This document shows positions 9,400 through 18,450 of a DNA stretch of 31,238 bases, in pieces. Location of the stretch: contig JAQGDQ010002450.1 in assembly GCA_030141605.1 (NCBI GenBank), positions 1 to 31,238 on the forward strand, in the 5' to 3' direction. Every line of letters starts with the position of its first letter. Position 1 is the first letter of the stretch. The position numbers and the translations under genes were made by a program. The notes beneath the pieces are model-generated. The model had not been told where the DNA came from and made no database searches. It saw nothing but the letters and a program-made list of their open reading frames with translations. This DNA comes from Tubiluchus corallicola (lineage: Eukaryota > Animalia > Priapulida).

Positions 9400-10455
9400 A
9401 TGAAACTATCTAAATTTAAATTTAATTTACCTAATGATTCCATAGCTTTGTACCCTGTCGAAAATAGAGACGAAGCAAAACTATTAATATTAAATAAAAG
9501 AACGGGAAAAATAGAACATAGAATATTTAAAGACATTATAAGTCACTTTGAAGATAGCGATGTAATGGTCTTTAATAATACCAAGGTATTTCCTGCCAGA
9601 CTCTATGGGAACAAAGAAAAAACGGGAGCATGCATAGAAGTATTTCTTATTAGAGAACTCAACAAAGACAACAGGTTATGGGACGTATTAGTAGATCCTG
9701 CAAGAAAAATAAGAATAGGCAATAAACTCTACTTTGGAGAAGACAATCCTCTTGTAGCAGAAGTAATAGACAATACTACTTCACGGGGAAGAACCATCCG
9801 ATTTCTATTTGACGGTTCTTATGAAGATTTTAAAAAACAACTCTTTCATTTGGGTGAAACTCCACTACCCTCAATGGTCAAAAGAAAACCTGAAGAATTA
9901 GATACAGAAAGATATCAAACCATCTACGCTAAGCACGAAGGAGCTGTAGTAGCTCCCACTGCTGGATTACATTTTAGTAGAGAACTATTGAAACGATTGG
10001 AAATAAAAGGAGTGAAATTTGGAGAAATAACCTTACACGCAGGTTTAGGAAATTTCAAAAGAATAGATGTAGAGGATCTCTCGAAACATAAAATAGACTT
10101 AGAAAAAATGACCATAGAATCTAAAGCAGTAAAAGTCATAAATAAAGGTATTGATCAAAAGAAAAGAATATGTGCAATAGGTACAACTGTAACACGCTCA
10201 CTAGAAAGCACTGTTACCACCACCCAGCATTTAAAGGAATTCAAAGGGTGGGTAAACACTTTTATCTACCCCCCCTACGACTTTAAAATCATTAACCACC
10301 TCGTTACTAACTTTCATTTGCCGCAATCCATACCTTTTATAATGGCAGCCACCTTTGGAGGTTTGGAGCTCACACTAGAAGCATATAACGAAGCTATGAA
10401 AGAAAAATACCGTTTCGGGACATATGGAGATGCAATGTTAATTATTGACCATTAA
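9400..10455 (+). CDS. queA: S-adenosylmethionine:tRNA ribosyltransferase-isomerase
   Basis: [42 protein letters not shown]. Confidence 0.96.
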   Translation: MKLSKFKFNLPNDSIALYPVENRDEAKLLILNKRTGKIEHRIFKDIISHFEDSDVMVFNNTKVFPARLYGNKEKTGACIEVFLIRELNKDNRLWDVLVDPARKIRIGNKLYFGEDNPLVAEVIDNTTSRGRTIRFLFDGSYEDFKKQLFHLGETPLPSMVKRKPEELDTERYQTIYAKHEGAVVAPTAGLHFSRELLKRLEIKGVKFGEITLHAGLGNFKRIDVEDLSKHKIDLEKMTIESKAVKVINKGIDQKKRICAIGTTVTRSLESTVTTTQHLKEFKGWVNTFIYPPYDFKIINHLVTNFHLPQSIPFIMAATFGGLELTLEAYNEAMKEKYRFGTYGDAMLIIDH

Positions 10456-10459
10456 GATT

Positions 10460-10491
10460 AAAAAAAAGCCCTCTTTTGAGGGCTTTTTTTT
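10460..10491. terminator. Bidirectional intrinsic terminator between convergent queA and rpoD
   Basis: A8-GCCCTC-TTTT-GAGGGC-T8, a perfect inverted repeat. Confidence 0.92.
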
Positions 10492-11350
10492 ATCCTAAAT
10501 ATGTCTTCAGCAACTTACTTCTAGAGGAATGCCTTAACCTCTTAATGGCTTTCTCTTTTATTTGCCTCACTCTCTCCCTTGTCAAGCCATATTGCTCACC
10601 TATCTCTTCCAAAGTCATTTCTTGTCCACCTATTCCAAAAAACAACTTCACAATACCGCGCTCTCTTTGAGTAAGCGTATCTAATGTTCTATCTATCTCC
10701 TTCATCAACGACTCTGCCAATAGACTCCTATCTGCATCAGGTGAATCGTTATTCACCAACACATCTAATAGGTTATTATCCTCACCATCTACAAATGGAG
10801 CATCTACAGAAACGTGCCTCCCCGAAACTCTTAAAGTATCCTTCACCTTAGAAGTTGGCACTTCCAAATGCTTTGCCAATTCTTCATTAGAAGGCTTTCG
10901 CTCATTTTGCTGCTCAAACTGCGAAAGTACTTTATTCAATTTATTCAGCGCTCCCACCTGATTCAAAGGCAATCTCACTATTCTAGACTGCTCTGCTAAT
11001 GCCTGCAAAATAGATTGCCTAATCCACCATACTGCATAAGAAATAAACTTAAATCCACGTGTTTCGTCAAATTTTTTAGCAGCCTTTATCAAACCTAAAT
11101 TACCTTCGTTAATCAAATCAGGAAGACTAAGACCCTGATTTTGATATTGCTTTGCAACAGACACTACAAACCTCAAATTAGCTTTTGTTAATTTCTCTAG
11201 TGCTATTTTATCACCTTTCTTTATCTGCTGAGCTAACTCAACCTCCTCCTCAACCGTAATAAGATTCTCCTTACCGATCTCTTGCAAATATTTATCTAAT
11301 GATGCACTTTCCCTATTTGTTATAGACTTTGTTATCTTGAGTTGTCTCAT
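10490..11350 (-). CDS. rpoD: Primary RNA polymerase sigma-70 factor, Bacteroidota type lacking region 1.1
   Basis: [15 protein letters not shown] start, [43 protein letters not shown]; 286 aa. Confidence 0.96.
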   Translation of the reverse strand: MRQLKITKSITNRESASLDKYLQEIGKENLITVEEEVELAQQIKKGDKIALEKLTKANLRFVVSVAKQYQNQGLSLPDLINEGNLGLIKAAKKFDETRGFKFISYAVWWIRQSILQALAEQSRIVRLPLNQVGALNKLNKVLSQFEQQNERKPSNEELAKHLEVPTSKVKDTLRVSGRHVSVDAPFVDGEDNNLLDVLVNNDSPDADRSLLAESLMKEIDRTLDTLTQRERGIVKLFFGIGGQEMTLEEIGEQYGLTRERVRQIKEKAIKRLRHSSRSKLLKTYLG

Positions 11351-11400
11351 AATTTAAAATATATCCTTTTTTATTTAATTTGACATAACATTTAGCTTTT

Positions 11401-12852
11401 TTACTTCACAACAGCATATGAATATACGCCATCGGGATATAAGCCCTCTATAAAAAAACTTCGTTGATTTGTATTAAAAATATCTTCAATCTCCCTTTTA
11501 GAATATACAGATTTCTTGTTAATATGTGTAACAATAAACCCTTCTCTAATACCCTGTTTGTACAACTGCCCTTGTTTATCCAAGGTTTCAATCTGCACCC
11601 CATAGGTTATCCCCAATCTCCTTTTCAAGTCACTTGGCACTTCTTTAAACGTAGCATTAAATATATTAGAATCTGTTTTCAAAACCCTTGTAGTGCCTAA
11701 CTTATTGCGTAAAACTACGTCTAAGTTTACTTTTTTATTACTTCTGTTAACCAGCACCTTAACCTTATTTCCAGGTCTATACAGTCCTACCTGTTCCTGT
11801 AATTCTGCAGGGCTATTTACCTCTATTCCATTAATCGCTAAAATAATATCACCCTTCTTCATCCCATTACTTTCAGCAGCACTATTAGCACTAAAATCAC
11901 TCACATACACCCCTTTTATTTCCTTTATACCTCTTTCATCAGCCAGTTCCGAAGTTAAAGGGACAATTAATATCCCTAGGATAGCTCTCTGTACCACACC
12001 ATGCTCTTGCAAATCCCTAATTACCTTCTCTACAATATTGGAAGGTACGGCAAAGGAATATCCTGTAAACGAACCTGTTTGAGAAGCAATAGCTGTGTTG
12101 ATACCCACTAATTCTCCTTCTGTATTAACCAATGCTCCTCCACTATTTCCCGGATTGACAGCTGCATCTGTTTGTATAAAAGACTCTATAGCCAAGCGGT
12201 CTTTTACAATATTGATATTTCGGGACTTTGCACTTACAATACCAGCTGTAACAGTAGATGTAAGGTTAAACGGATTACCCACTGCAAGCACCCACTCTCC
12301 CAGTTTTAACTCGTCTGAATTACCATAAATTAAATAAGGCAAATCAGTAGCATCCACCCTTAATAAAGCCAAGTCAGTAGAAGGATCTCTACCCACCAAC
12401 TTTGCCTCAAATGTTCTCTTATCGTTCAGTGTTACCTCTATTTTATTGGCCTTATCTATCACATGATTATTTGTAACAATATAACCATCACCAGATATAA
12501 TCACCCCAGAACCAGAGCCCATAGCAGGCTGCGGATTTTTATAATAATCATAGTTAGGATCCCCAAAAAAGAAATCCCAAAACGGATTACTTGGAGAATA
12601 CCTCCCTCCTGAAGACTTATATTCAGTTTTAATGTGAACCACCGCGTGAATCACATTATTAGCTGCATAAGTCAAATCAACCTTTTCTCCTTGATTCATT
12701 GTATAAGTAATAGGAGCAGGCATAGTCCTAACCTCGACTACCTTTTTTGTGTTTCTATTTAAAATAAAAAATAGAGAAATAGTAGTTATAATACTTACAA
12801 TTACTACAATGGACAAATTTTTTATTTTCTCCTTACTCATAACACCAACCAT
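11401..12852 (-). CDS. htrA: HtrA/DegP serine protease with two PDZ domains (start may be 12840)
   Basis: N-terminal TM, GSGSGVI, TNNHV, DLALL, TDAAVNPGNSGG, C-terminal PDZ domains. Confidence 0.94.
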   Translation of the reverse strand: MVGVMSKEKIKNLSIVVIVSIITTISLFFILNRNTKKVVEVRTMPAPITYTMNQGEKVDLTYAANNVIHAVVHIKTEYKSSGGRYSPSNPFWDFFFGDPNYDYYKNPQPAMGSGSGVIISGDGYIVTNNHVIDKANKIEVTLNDKRTFEAKLVGRDPSTDLALLRVDATDLPYLIYGNSDELKLGEWVLAVGNPFNLTSTVTAGIVSAKSRNINIVKDRLAIESFIQTDAAVNPGNSGGALVNTEGELVGINTAIASQTGSFTGYSFAVPSNIVEKVIRDLQEHGVVQRAILGILIVPLTSELADERGIKEIKGVYVSDFSANSAAESNGMKKGDIILAINGIEVNSPAELQEQVGLYRPGNKVKVLVNRSNKKVNLDVVLRNKLGTTRVLKTDSNIFNATFKEVPSDLKRRLGITYGVQIETLDKQGQLYKQGIREGFIVTHINKKSVYSKREIEDIFNTNQRSFFIEGLYPDGVYSYAVVK

Positions 12853-12998
12853 TTTGTTTAATACAAAACCTCATTCCTTTTAATAAAATTGAATGGTTCT
12901 TTTTAAAGAAAAACAGCAACCTTAAATATACAATTTTTTAGGCAAAATGTAAAGTCTTTTTCATTTAAACTCACTATTTGTCATCAAAAATTTTCTTT

Positions 12999-13781
12999 TT
13001 AAGGCATAATATAACCTTTCATTATACCTCTTTTAGAACTACTAACAAAGGTAACAATTTCATCCCTCTCCTTAGAGACAGGCATCTCTGCTTCTATTAC
13101 TTTAAGAGCCTCTATATTATTCAACCCTTTCTGATAAAGTATCCTATAAATATCTTGAATCTCCTTTATTTTTTCATTTGTAAATCCCCTTCGTCTTAAC
13201 CCAATAGAATTTACTCCAATATATGAAAGAGGCTCTCTACCTGCTTTCACATATGGAGGAACATCCTTGCCTATTATTGACCCTCCAGAAATCAGCGAAT
13301 GTGCCCCTATATGACTAAACTGATGGATAGGCACTAATCCACTTATGATAGCAAAATCATCTATGGCCACCTCGCCCGCAACTTGGACAGAGTTAACCAA
13401 TATAACATTATTCCCTACCACACAATCATGAGCAATATGACAATATGCCATAATTAGACAATTAGATCCTACCACAGTTTTGCCTTTGGATTTTGTCCCC
13501 CTATTAATAGTTACACATTCTCTTATTGTGGTATTATCCCCTATTTCCACTGTGGTTTTTTCTCCTTGGTATTTTAAATCTTGTGGCATAGCCGAAATAA
13601 CAGTTCCCGGAAAAATTTTACAATTTTTCCCTATCCTAGCTCCATCCATAATAGTAGCATTAGACCTTATATGTGTTCCTTCTTTTATCACAACATCCCT
13701 ATCTATCGTAACAAATGGCTCTATTACCACATTATCTGCTACTTTTGCTTCAGGATGTACATATGCTAATGGTTGCCTCAT
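12999..13781 (-). CDS. lpxA: Acyl-ACP--UDP-N-acetylglucosamine O-acyltransferase
   Basis: Hexapeptide repeats, PQDLKY, IRECVTINRGT, HIAHDC, IHQF, DVPPY. Confidence 0.96.
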   Translation of the reverse strand: MRQPLAYVHPEAKVADNVVIEPFVTIDRDVVIKEGTHIRSNATIMDGARIGKNCKIFPGTVISAMPQDLKYQGEKTTVEIGDNTTIRECVTINRGTKSKGKTVVGSNCLIMAYCHIAHDCVVGNNVILVNSVQVAGEVAIDDFAIISGLVPIHQFSHIGAHSLISGGSIIGKDVPPYVKAGREPLSYIGVNSIGLRRRGFTNEKIKEIQDIYRILYQKGLNNIEALKVIEAEMPVSKERDEIVTFVSSSKRGIMKGYIMP

Positions 13782-13811
13782 AAAATAATTTTATTTACAT
13801 TAAACTGCTAC

Positions 13812-15206
13812 TTATTTTGTCTTTACTACCTGAGCCATTAACACTGCTTCTGCCACAATGCTACTACCTACAAAGGCTCTACCTTCCATATTTACAATAC
13901 CTCTCCTAATAGGAGTTAAAAGTTTTAATTTAAAAACAAGCGTGTCTCCAGGCACTACTTTCTTTCTAAACTTTATTGCATCTAACTTCAAAAAATAAGT
14001 AGAATACTTCTCTGGTTCTTCCACTTGATGAAGCACAAATATACCTCCTACTTGTGCCATCGCTTCAATCTGCAACACACCTGGCATCACAGGTTCATCA
14101 GGGAAATGCCCCACAAAAAAAGGCTCATTCATTGTAATATTCTTCATTCCAACAATGCTATCCTTTGTAATGCTATATATTCTATCCACAAGCAAAAATG
14201 GAGAACGATGTGGTAACAATTTTTGTATTTCATCAATGTTCAACAACGGTTCCGTCAATAAGTTTATCTTAGGAGGTGTTGAAACTGAAACTTCCTTAAC
14301 TATAATATTCCTTATAATTTTAGCAAAATTAGTATTGGCTCTATGTCCAGGGCAGGTAGCAATTATTTTTCCCTTTATTGGCTTGCCTACCAATGCCAAA
14401 TCACCTACAACATCTAGTAGTTTATGCCTTGCAGGTTCATTCTCATAATGTAATTTTAGATTGTTGAAAATCCCTTGAGGTTTAACTTTCACTGAATGAT
14501 GATTAAACGCTTTAGCCAGCTTATCTACTTCCTCTTGTGTTACATCTTTATCCAATATAACAATTGCATTTTTGAGATCTCCCCCTTTTATCAAATCACT
14601 TTTCAACAAAGACTCTAACTCTCTAAAAAAAACAAAAGTTCGACACATTGCTATCTCTTTCTCAAAATCTTCAAGCCTCTCTAACACAGCATACTGATTG
14701 TTCAAAACAGTAGAAACAAAGGAAATATGTGTATCTACACTAAAGTAAGAGTCAGGCAAGCCTACTATTTTAGTGCCAGTTTCCTCATCGTGATATTCTA
14801 ACTTCTCAGTTATTTCAAAGTAGTCTTTCTCTGCTTTCTGCTCTTCTACACCAACCTTTTTTATTGCCTCTATAAAATACTTTGAGCTGCCATCCATTAT
14901 TGGTACTTCAGGAGCATCTATTTCTATCAATAAGTTATCTATTCCTAAAGCATAAGCAGCTGCCAGCGAATGTTCAGGTGTATATACCTCACAATCACCC
15001 TTTTTTAGCACAGTTCCTCTATCTGTAGAAGCTACATACTCTGCAACAGCCTCAACTTCTGGTTCTCCATCAATATCTATTCTTTTTATTTTATATCCGT
15101 AGTTTTCAGGAGCTGGTTTATAAGTAAAAGTTACTTCTTTGCCTGTATGCAAACCTTTCCCTTTTAGTGTCACTGCTTTTTTTATTGTTTTTTGCTTGTC
15201 TCGCAT
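13812..15206 (-). CDS. lpxC: Bifunctional LpxC deacetylase / FabZ dehydratase
   Basis: Start placed at MRDKQKT (15206). LpxC motifs GKGLHTG, EH, PIMDGS, RHKLLD, PGH; FabZ motifs LPHRSPF, GHFP..PVMPGVLQIEAMAQ. Confidence 0.95.
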   Translation of the reverse strand: MRDKQKTIKKAVTLKGKGLHTGKEVTFTYKPAPENYGYKIKRIDIDGEPEVEAVAEYVASTDRGTVLKKGDCEVYTPEHSLAAAYALGIDNLLIEIDAPEVPIMDGSSKYFIEAIKKVGVEEQKAEKDYFEITEKLEYHDEETGTKIVGLPDSYFSVDTHISFVSTVLNNQYAVLERLEDFEKEIAMCRTFVFFRELESLLKSDLIKGGDLKNAIVILDKDVTQEEVDKLAKAFNHHSVKVKPQGIFNNLKLHYENEPARHKLLDVVGDLALVGKPIKGKIIATCPGHRANTNFAKIIRNIIVKEVSVSTPPKINLLTEPLLNIDEIQKLLPHRSPFLLVDRIYSITKDSIVGMKNITMNEPFFVGHFPDEPVMPGVLQIEAMAQVGGIFVLHQVEEPEKYSTYFLKLDAIKFRKKVVPGDTLVFKLKLLTPIRRGIVNMEGRAFVGSSIVAEAVLMAQVVKTK

Positions 15207-15256
15207 CTTATTTCCCAGCTTGTTTATTTTAAAATTTATTTTACAAATTAAAATTA

Positions 15257-15264
15257 CAAAAGTA
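15257..15264 (-). promoter_or_regulatory. -7 promoter element for lpxC/fabZ-lpxA
   Basis: CAAAAGTA on + reads TACTTTTG on -, 50 nt upstream of the 15206 start. Confidence 0.55.
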
Positions 15265-15448
15265 AAAAAATTATACTTCAACACTCATTATATTTTAATA
15301 AAAAAATAGGAATTTAAATAATAATATACTTCTCTTACACAAGATATTCAGTTAAAAATCAAGCAATAAAACAATATTCTTAGAAAATTTTTCATAAAAT
15401 ACTGCTCAAAACAAAAATTATAAAATTTTCATTTTACATTTTTTTACT

Positions 15449-15456
15449 TATCTTTG
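15449..15456 (+). promoter_or_regulatory. -7 promoter element for rplS
   Basis: TATCTTTG followed by CA, 57 nt before ATG 15514. Confidence 0.75.
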
Positions 15457-15513
15457 CACCTTGATTTAGCTATACCCTGTTTTTGGTTTATTATAAAAAG
15501 GAGATTAAAAAAA

Positions 15514-15864
15514 ATGGATTTAATAAAAGTAGCAGAGCAATCATTAGGAGTAGAAAAAAAAGAACACCCTGCTTTTAAGAGTGGAGACACTATAACTGTG
15601 CATTACAAAATAAAAGAAGGTGATAAAGAACGAATTCAGCAATTTAGAGGAGTAGTAATACAAGTAAAAGGAGCAAATACTACTAAAATGTTCACTGTAA
15701 GAAAAATGACAGGGAATTATTCTGTAGAAAGAATATTTCCTACTACTTCTCCTCTCATAGACAAAATAGAAGTTAATAAACAAGGAATAGTTCGTAGAGC
15801 AAGGATATACTATTTAAGAGGGTTAACTGGTAAAAAAGCAAGAATAAAAAGTAAAAGATCTTAA
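15514..15864 (+). CDS. rplS: 50S ribosomal protein L19
   Basis: [45 protein letters not shown] 15514 is preferred because the TTG at 15454 overlaps the promoter. Confidence 0.97.
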   Translation: MDLIKVAEQSLGVEKKEHPAFKSGDTITVHYKIKEGDKERIQQFRGVVIQVKGANTTKMFTVRKMTGNYSVERIFPTTSPLIDKIEVNKQGIVRRARIYYLRGLTGKKARIKSKRS

Positions 15865-15888
15865 TCCTTTTGCTAATATAGAGATAGC

Positions 15889-15922
15889 CAAAAGCCTTTT
15901 TTAGAAGGGCTTTTGTTGTTTT
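15889..15922 (+). terminator. Intrinsic terminator after rplS
   Basis: CAAAAGCCTTTT-TTA-GAAGGGCTTTTG stem (two G-U pairs) with a T-rich tail. Confidence 0.8.
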
Positions 15923-15941
15923 ATAACATTAAAACACACCA

Positions 15942-16850
15942 TTGAGAAAATCGCTAATCGTCCTACTTGGACCCACTGCTATAGGCAAAACAGCCCTAAG
16001 CATAAAACTGGCACAAACATTAAAAACTGAAATACTCTCTTGCGACTCGCGACAATTCTATAAAGAATTAAAAATAGGCACAGCCCCCCCTACTTCATCC
16101 CAGCTTGCAACTGTTAAGCATCATTTCATACAACAATTGTCTATACACGACTATTACAATGCTTATCTTTTTGAGCAACAAGCCTTACAAACATTACAAA
16201 AAATATATAAAACCTCACACACAGCCTTGCTTGCAGGAGGTTCAGGAATGTATATAGATGCTGTAGTCAAAGGTATAGATGATATGCCAACTATAAAACC
16301 TGATATACGACAACAACTCAAGAAAACCTATAAAGAAAATGGACTAACGTATATAGCCCAACAACTAAAACAAGTTGACCCTAAATACTATAAAATAATA
16401 GATATAAATAACCCTAAAAGAATTTTACACGCCTTAGAAATATATCTCCAAACAGGAAAACCTTATACCACATTCAGAACTCAACAATCAAAAAAAAGAA
16501 ATTTTCACGTCGTTACAATAGGATTACAACAAGATAGGCAAGAGCTTTATCAAAATATAGAGCGTCGCGTGGAAAAAATGATAAAACAAGGACTTGTAGA
16601 AGAAGCTCAACAGCTTTACCCATACAGACATCTCAACGCTCTTAACACTGTAGGCTATAAAGAGCTATTTCAACATTTCGACGGAACAATTAGCATAGAA
16701 AAAGCCATAGAACTCATTAAGAGAAATTCACGCCGGTATGCCAAACGACAAATGACGTGGTTCAACCGCAATCCCAACATTCATTGGTTTCATCCTAACG
16801 ATGAAAAAAAAATCCTAAAATTCATAGAAGATGAGATAGGAACAAAGTAA
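15942..16850 (+). CDS. miaA: tRNA dimethylallyltransferase (TTG start)
   Basis: GPTAIGKT P-loop, DSRQFY, IGTA, GGSGMY, TVGYKE, RRYAKRQMTWF. Confidence 0.96.
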   Translation: MRKSLIVLLGPTAIGKTALSIKLAQTLKTEILSCDSRQFYKELKIGTAPPTSSQLATVKHHFIQQLSIHDYYNAYLFEQQALQTLQKIYKTSHTALLAGGSGMYIDAVVKGIDDMPTIKPDIRQQLKKTYKENGLTYIAQQLKQVDPKYYKIIDINNPKRILHALEIYLQTGKPYTTFRTQQSKKRNFHVVTIGLQQDRQELYQNIERRVEKMIKQGLVEEAQQLYPYRHLNALNTVGYKELFQHFDGTISIEKAIELIKRNSRRYAKRQMTWFNRNPNIHWFHPNDEKKILKFIEDEIGTK

Positions 16851-16997
16851 GTAAAAAAAAACATAAGACCATTAGCAATATCTTGCATATAACATATTAT
16901 AACATTCTTTATATTTTTTTCATTAATTGAACGCATACATCTACGTTATACTACTATTATTAATTATTATCAAAGTCTAAACTAATTAAAATAAGCT

Positions 16998-18314
16998 ATG
17001 AGAAACAAGAATCACCTTATAGTAAAAATAGTAGTAATAATAGGCGTTATTATTCTTTTATCCCCTAATCTTTTAGGTCAAAAAATAAAAGAAGAAGAAA
17101 AAGACAAAATATACTTTCCTGATAAAAAGTATAACACTTGGGCATTTACAGCAGGTGCTGGGTTAAGTGTTTTCTACGGAGATGTAGTAGATTACACTTT
17201 ATTTCCCAGAAGCAGTAGAAGGTATGGCTACGAACTTACATTGAGTAAACACTTTTCACCTGTCTTATCATTAGATGCCTCATTCATACGAGGTCATTTA
17301 TATGGGAGTAAAAGTATACGACACTTCAAAGCAGACTATCTACAAGGCTATCTTGGACTTGTGTTTAGTCTTAATCAAGCAATAAGTAGAAAGCCAATGG
17401 GAGATAAGTGGGACCTTTATTTAAAAGCAGGGCTTGGAGGTGTATTTTTCAGAAGTTTAGCCTATGCTAATACCGCCTTCACTAATCCATTAACAGGAGA
17501 ACAATATGAAGAAGGAGACATTATCACAAGATTAGAAGAAGTCACAGATAGAGCATTAATAATGACAGGGCCACAAGGCTATTCTGCAGATGGCACAGAA
17601 AAAAAACGAAGGGAGTCAGAAATAGCTCTCTCTCTTGGCACAGGAATAAAGTATAGAATAAGTAGAAGCTTTGATGCAGGCTTTGAAATGATGCTTCATA
17701 ATTTAAGTGCTGATAATCTAGATTTAAGTTTAACTGGTGCCGACAACGATTCGTATATGACTATGATGCTCAGTCTTAGCTACAAAATAGGTAAAAAAGA
17801 CAAACGACACATAAGGTGGACACATAGAAGATATTCAATACCAATAATAGAAAAACACTCAGACACGGTAGTAGTAGAAAAATACTCTGACACAGTAGTA
17901 GTAGAAAAACACTCTGATACAGTAATAATAGAAAATACACAAATAAGCACGCCACTATCTACATCAGTATTTTTCAAATTTGACCAAGCAAATGTAGATA
18001 TGGAAGATATGCAAACCATTGCTAAAGTAGCAGCTAGGCTACTTAACAATGAAAATGCAGACGTGCAGCTAATTGGCTACTGCGATGAAAAAGGAAATGA
18101 GGATTACAACTATGCTTTATCAATGGAAAGATGCGAAGCTGTTAAGCAAGTTCTTGTAGAAGACTTCAACATAGAATCAGGAAGGATAAGTAGCATAGCA
18201 GCAGGAGAAAAACTTCCTTTGCTAAAATCAAAAAAAGAGTACAACAAAGAAACACACGTGGTAAACAGGCGAGTAGACTTTATAATAAAAGAAGAAATAA
18301 GCAGTACATATTAA
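16998..18314 (+). CDS. OmpA-family outer membrane protein (N-terminal beta-barrel plus peptidoglycan-binding domain)
   Basis: Signal peptide, amphipathic strands ending LSYKIG, C-terminal VFFKFD, GYCD..G..YN..LS..R and NRRVDF. Confidence 0.9.
   Translation: MRNKNHLIVKIVVIIGVIILLSPNLLGQKIKEEEKDKIYFPDKKYNTWAFTAGAGLSVFYGDVVDYTLFPRSSRRYGYELTLSKHFSPVLSLDASFIRGHLYGSKSIRHFKADYLQGYLGLVFSLNQAISRKPMGDKWDLYLKAGLGGVFFRSLAYANTAFTNPLTGEQYEEGDIITRLEEVTDRALIMTGPQGYSADGTEKKRRESEIALSLGTGIKYRISRSFDAGFEMMLHNLSADNLDLSLTGADNDSYMTMMLSLSYKIGKKDKRHIRWTHRRYSIPIIEKHSDTVVVEKYSDTVVVEKHSDTVIIENTQISTPLSTSVFFKFDQANVDMEDMQTIAKVAARLLNNENADVQLIGYCDEKGNEDYNYALSMERCEAVKQVLVEDFNIESGRISSIAAGEKLPLLKSKKEYNKETHVVNRRVDFIIKEEISSTY
17848..17935 (+). 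repeat. In-frame 27-bp tandem repeat, about 3.3 copies (EKHSDTVVV)
   Basis: Units start at 17848, 17875 and 17902, with a partial unit at 17929; consensus TAGAAAAACACTCTGACACAGTAGTAG. Confidence 0.93.
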
Positions 18315-18341
18315 TAAAATCATATAAAACCAAAATAGTTA

Positions 18342-18382
18342 TAAAAAGGTTGTTATTTTCTCTTGGAATAACAACCTTTTTA
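18342..18382. terminator. Intrinsic terminator after the OmpA-family gene
   Basis: Perfect 16-bp arms TAAAAAGGTTGTTATT / AATAACAACCTTTTTA around a 9-nt loop. Confidence 0.85.
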
Positions 18383-18393
18383 CTATACATTTG
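18362..18393 (+). promoter_or_regulatory. Putative -33/-7 promoter for the ComEC gene
   Basis: CTTG (18362-18365), 20-nt spacer, TACATTTG (18386-18393). Confidence 0.6.
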
Positions 18394-18450
18394 TATGTGC
18401 CAAAACCTGCTTCCACATAGAACATACGATTGTTAAATAACTAATGTAAG

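Noticed and set aside
10490-11350. Short sigma-70 as a truncated or alternative sigma factor
   Set aside because: Lack of region 1.1 is normal for the Bacteroidota primary sigma factor.
13812-15284. LpxC-FabZ fusion as novel, and the 26-aa N-terminal extension in the ORF track
   Set aside because: The fusion is standard in Bacteroidota; the extension overlaps the promoter and lacks LpxC similarity.
17848-17935. 27-bp repeats as a CRISPR array
   Set aside because: Contiguous in-frame units with no spacers and no cas genes.
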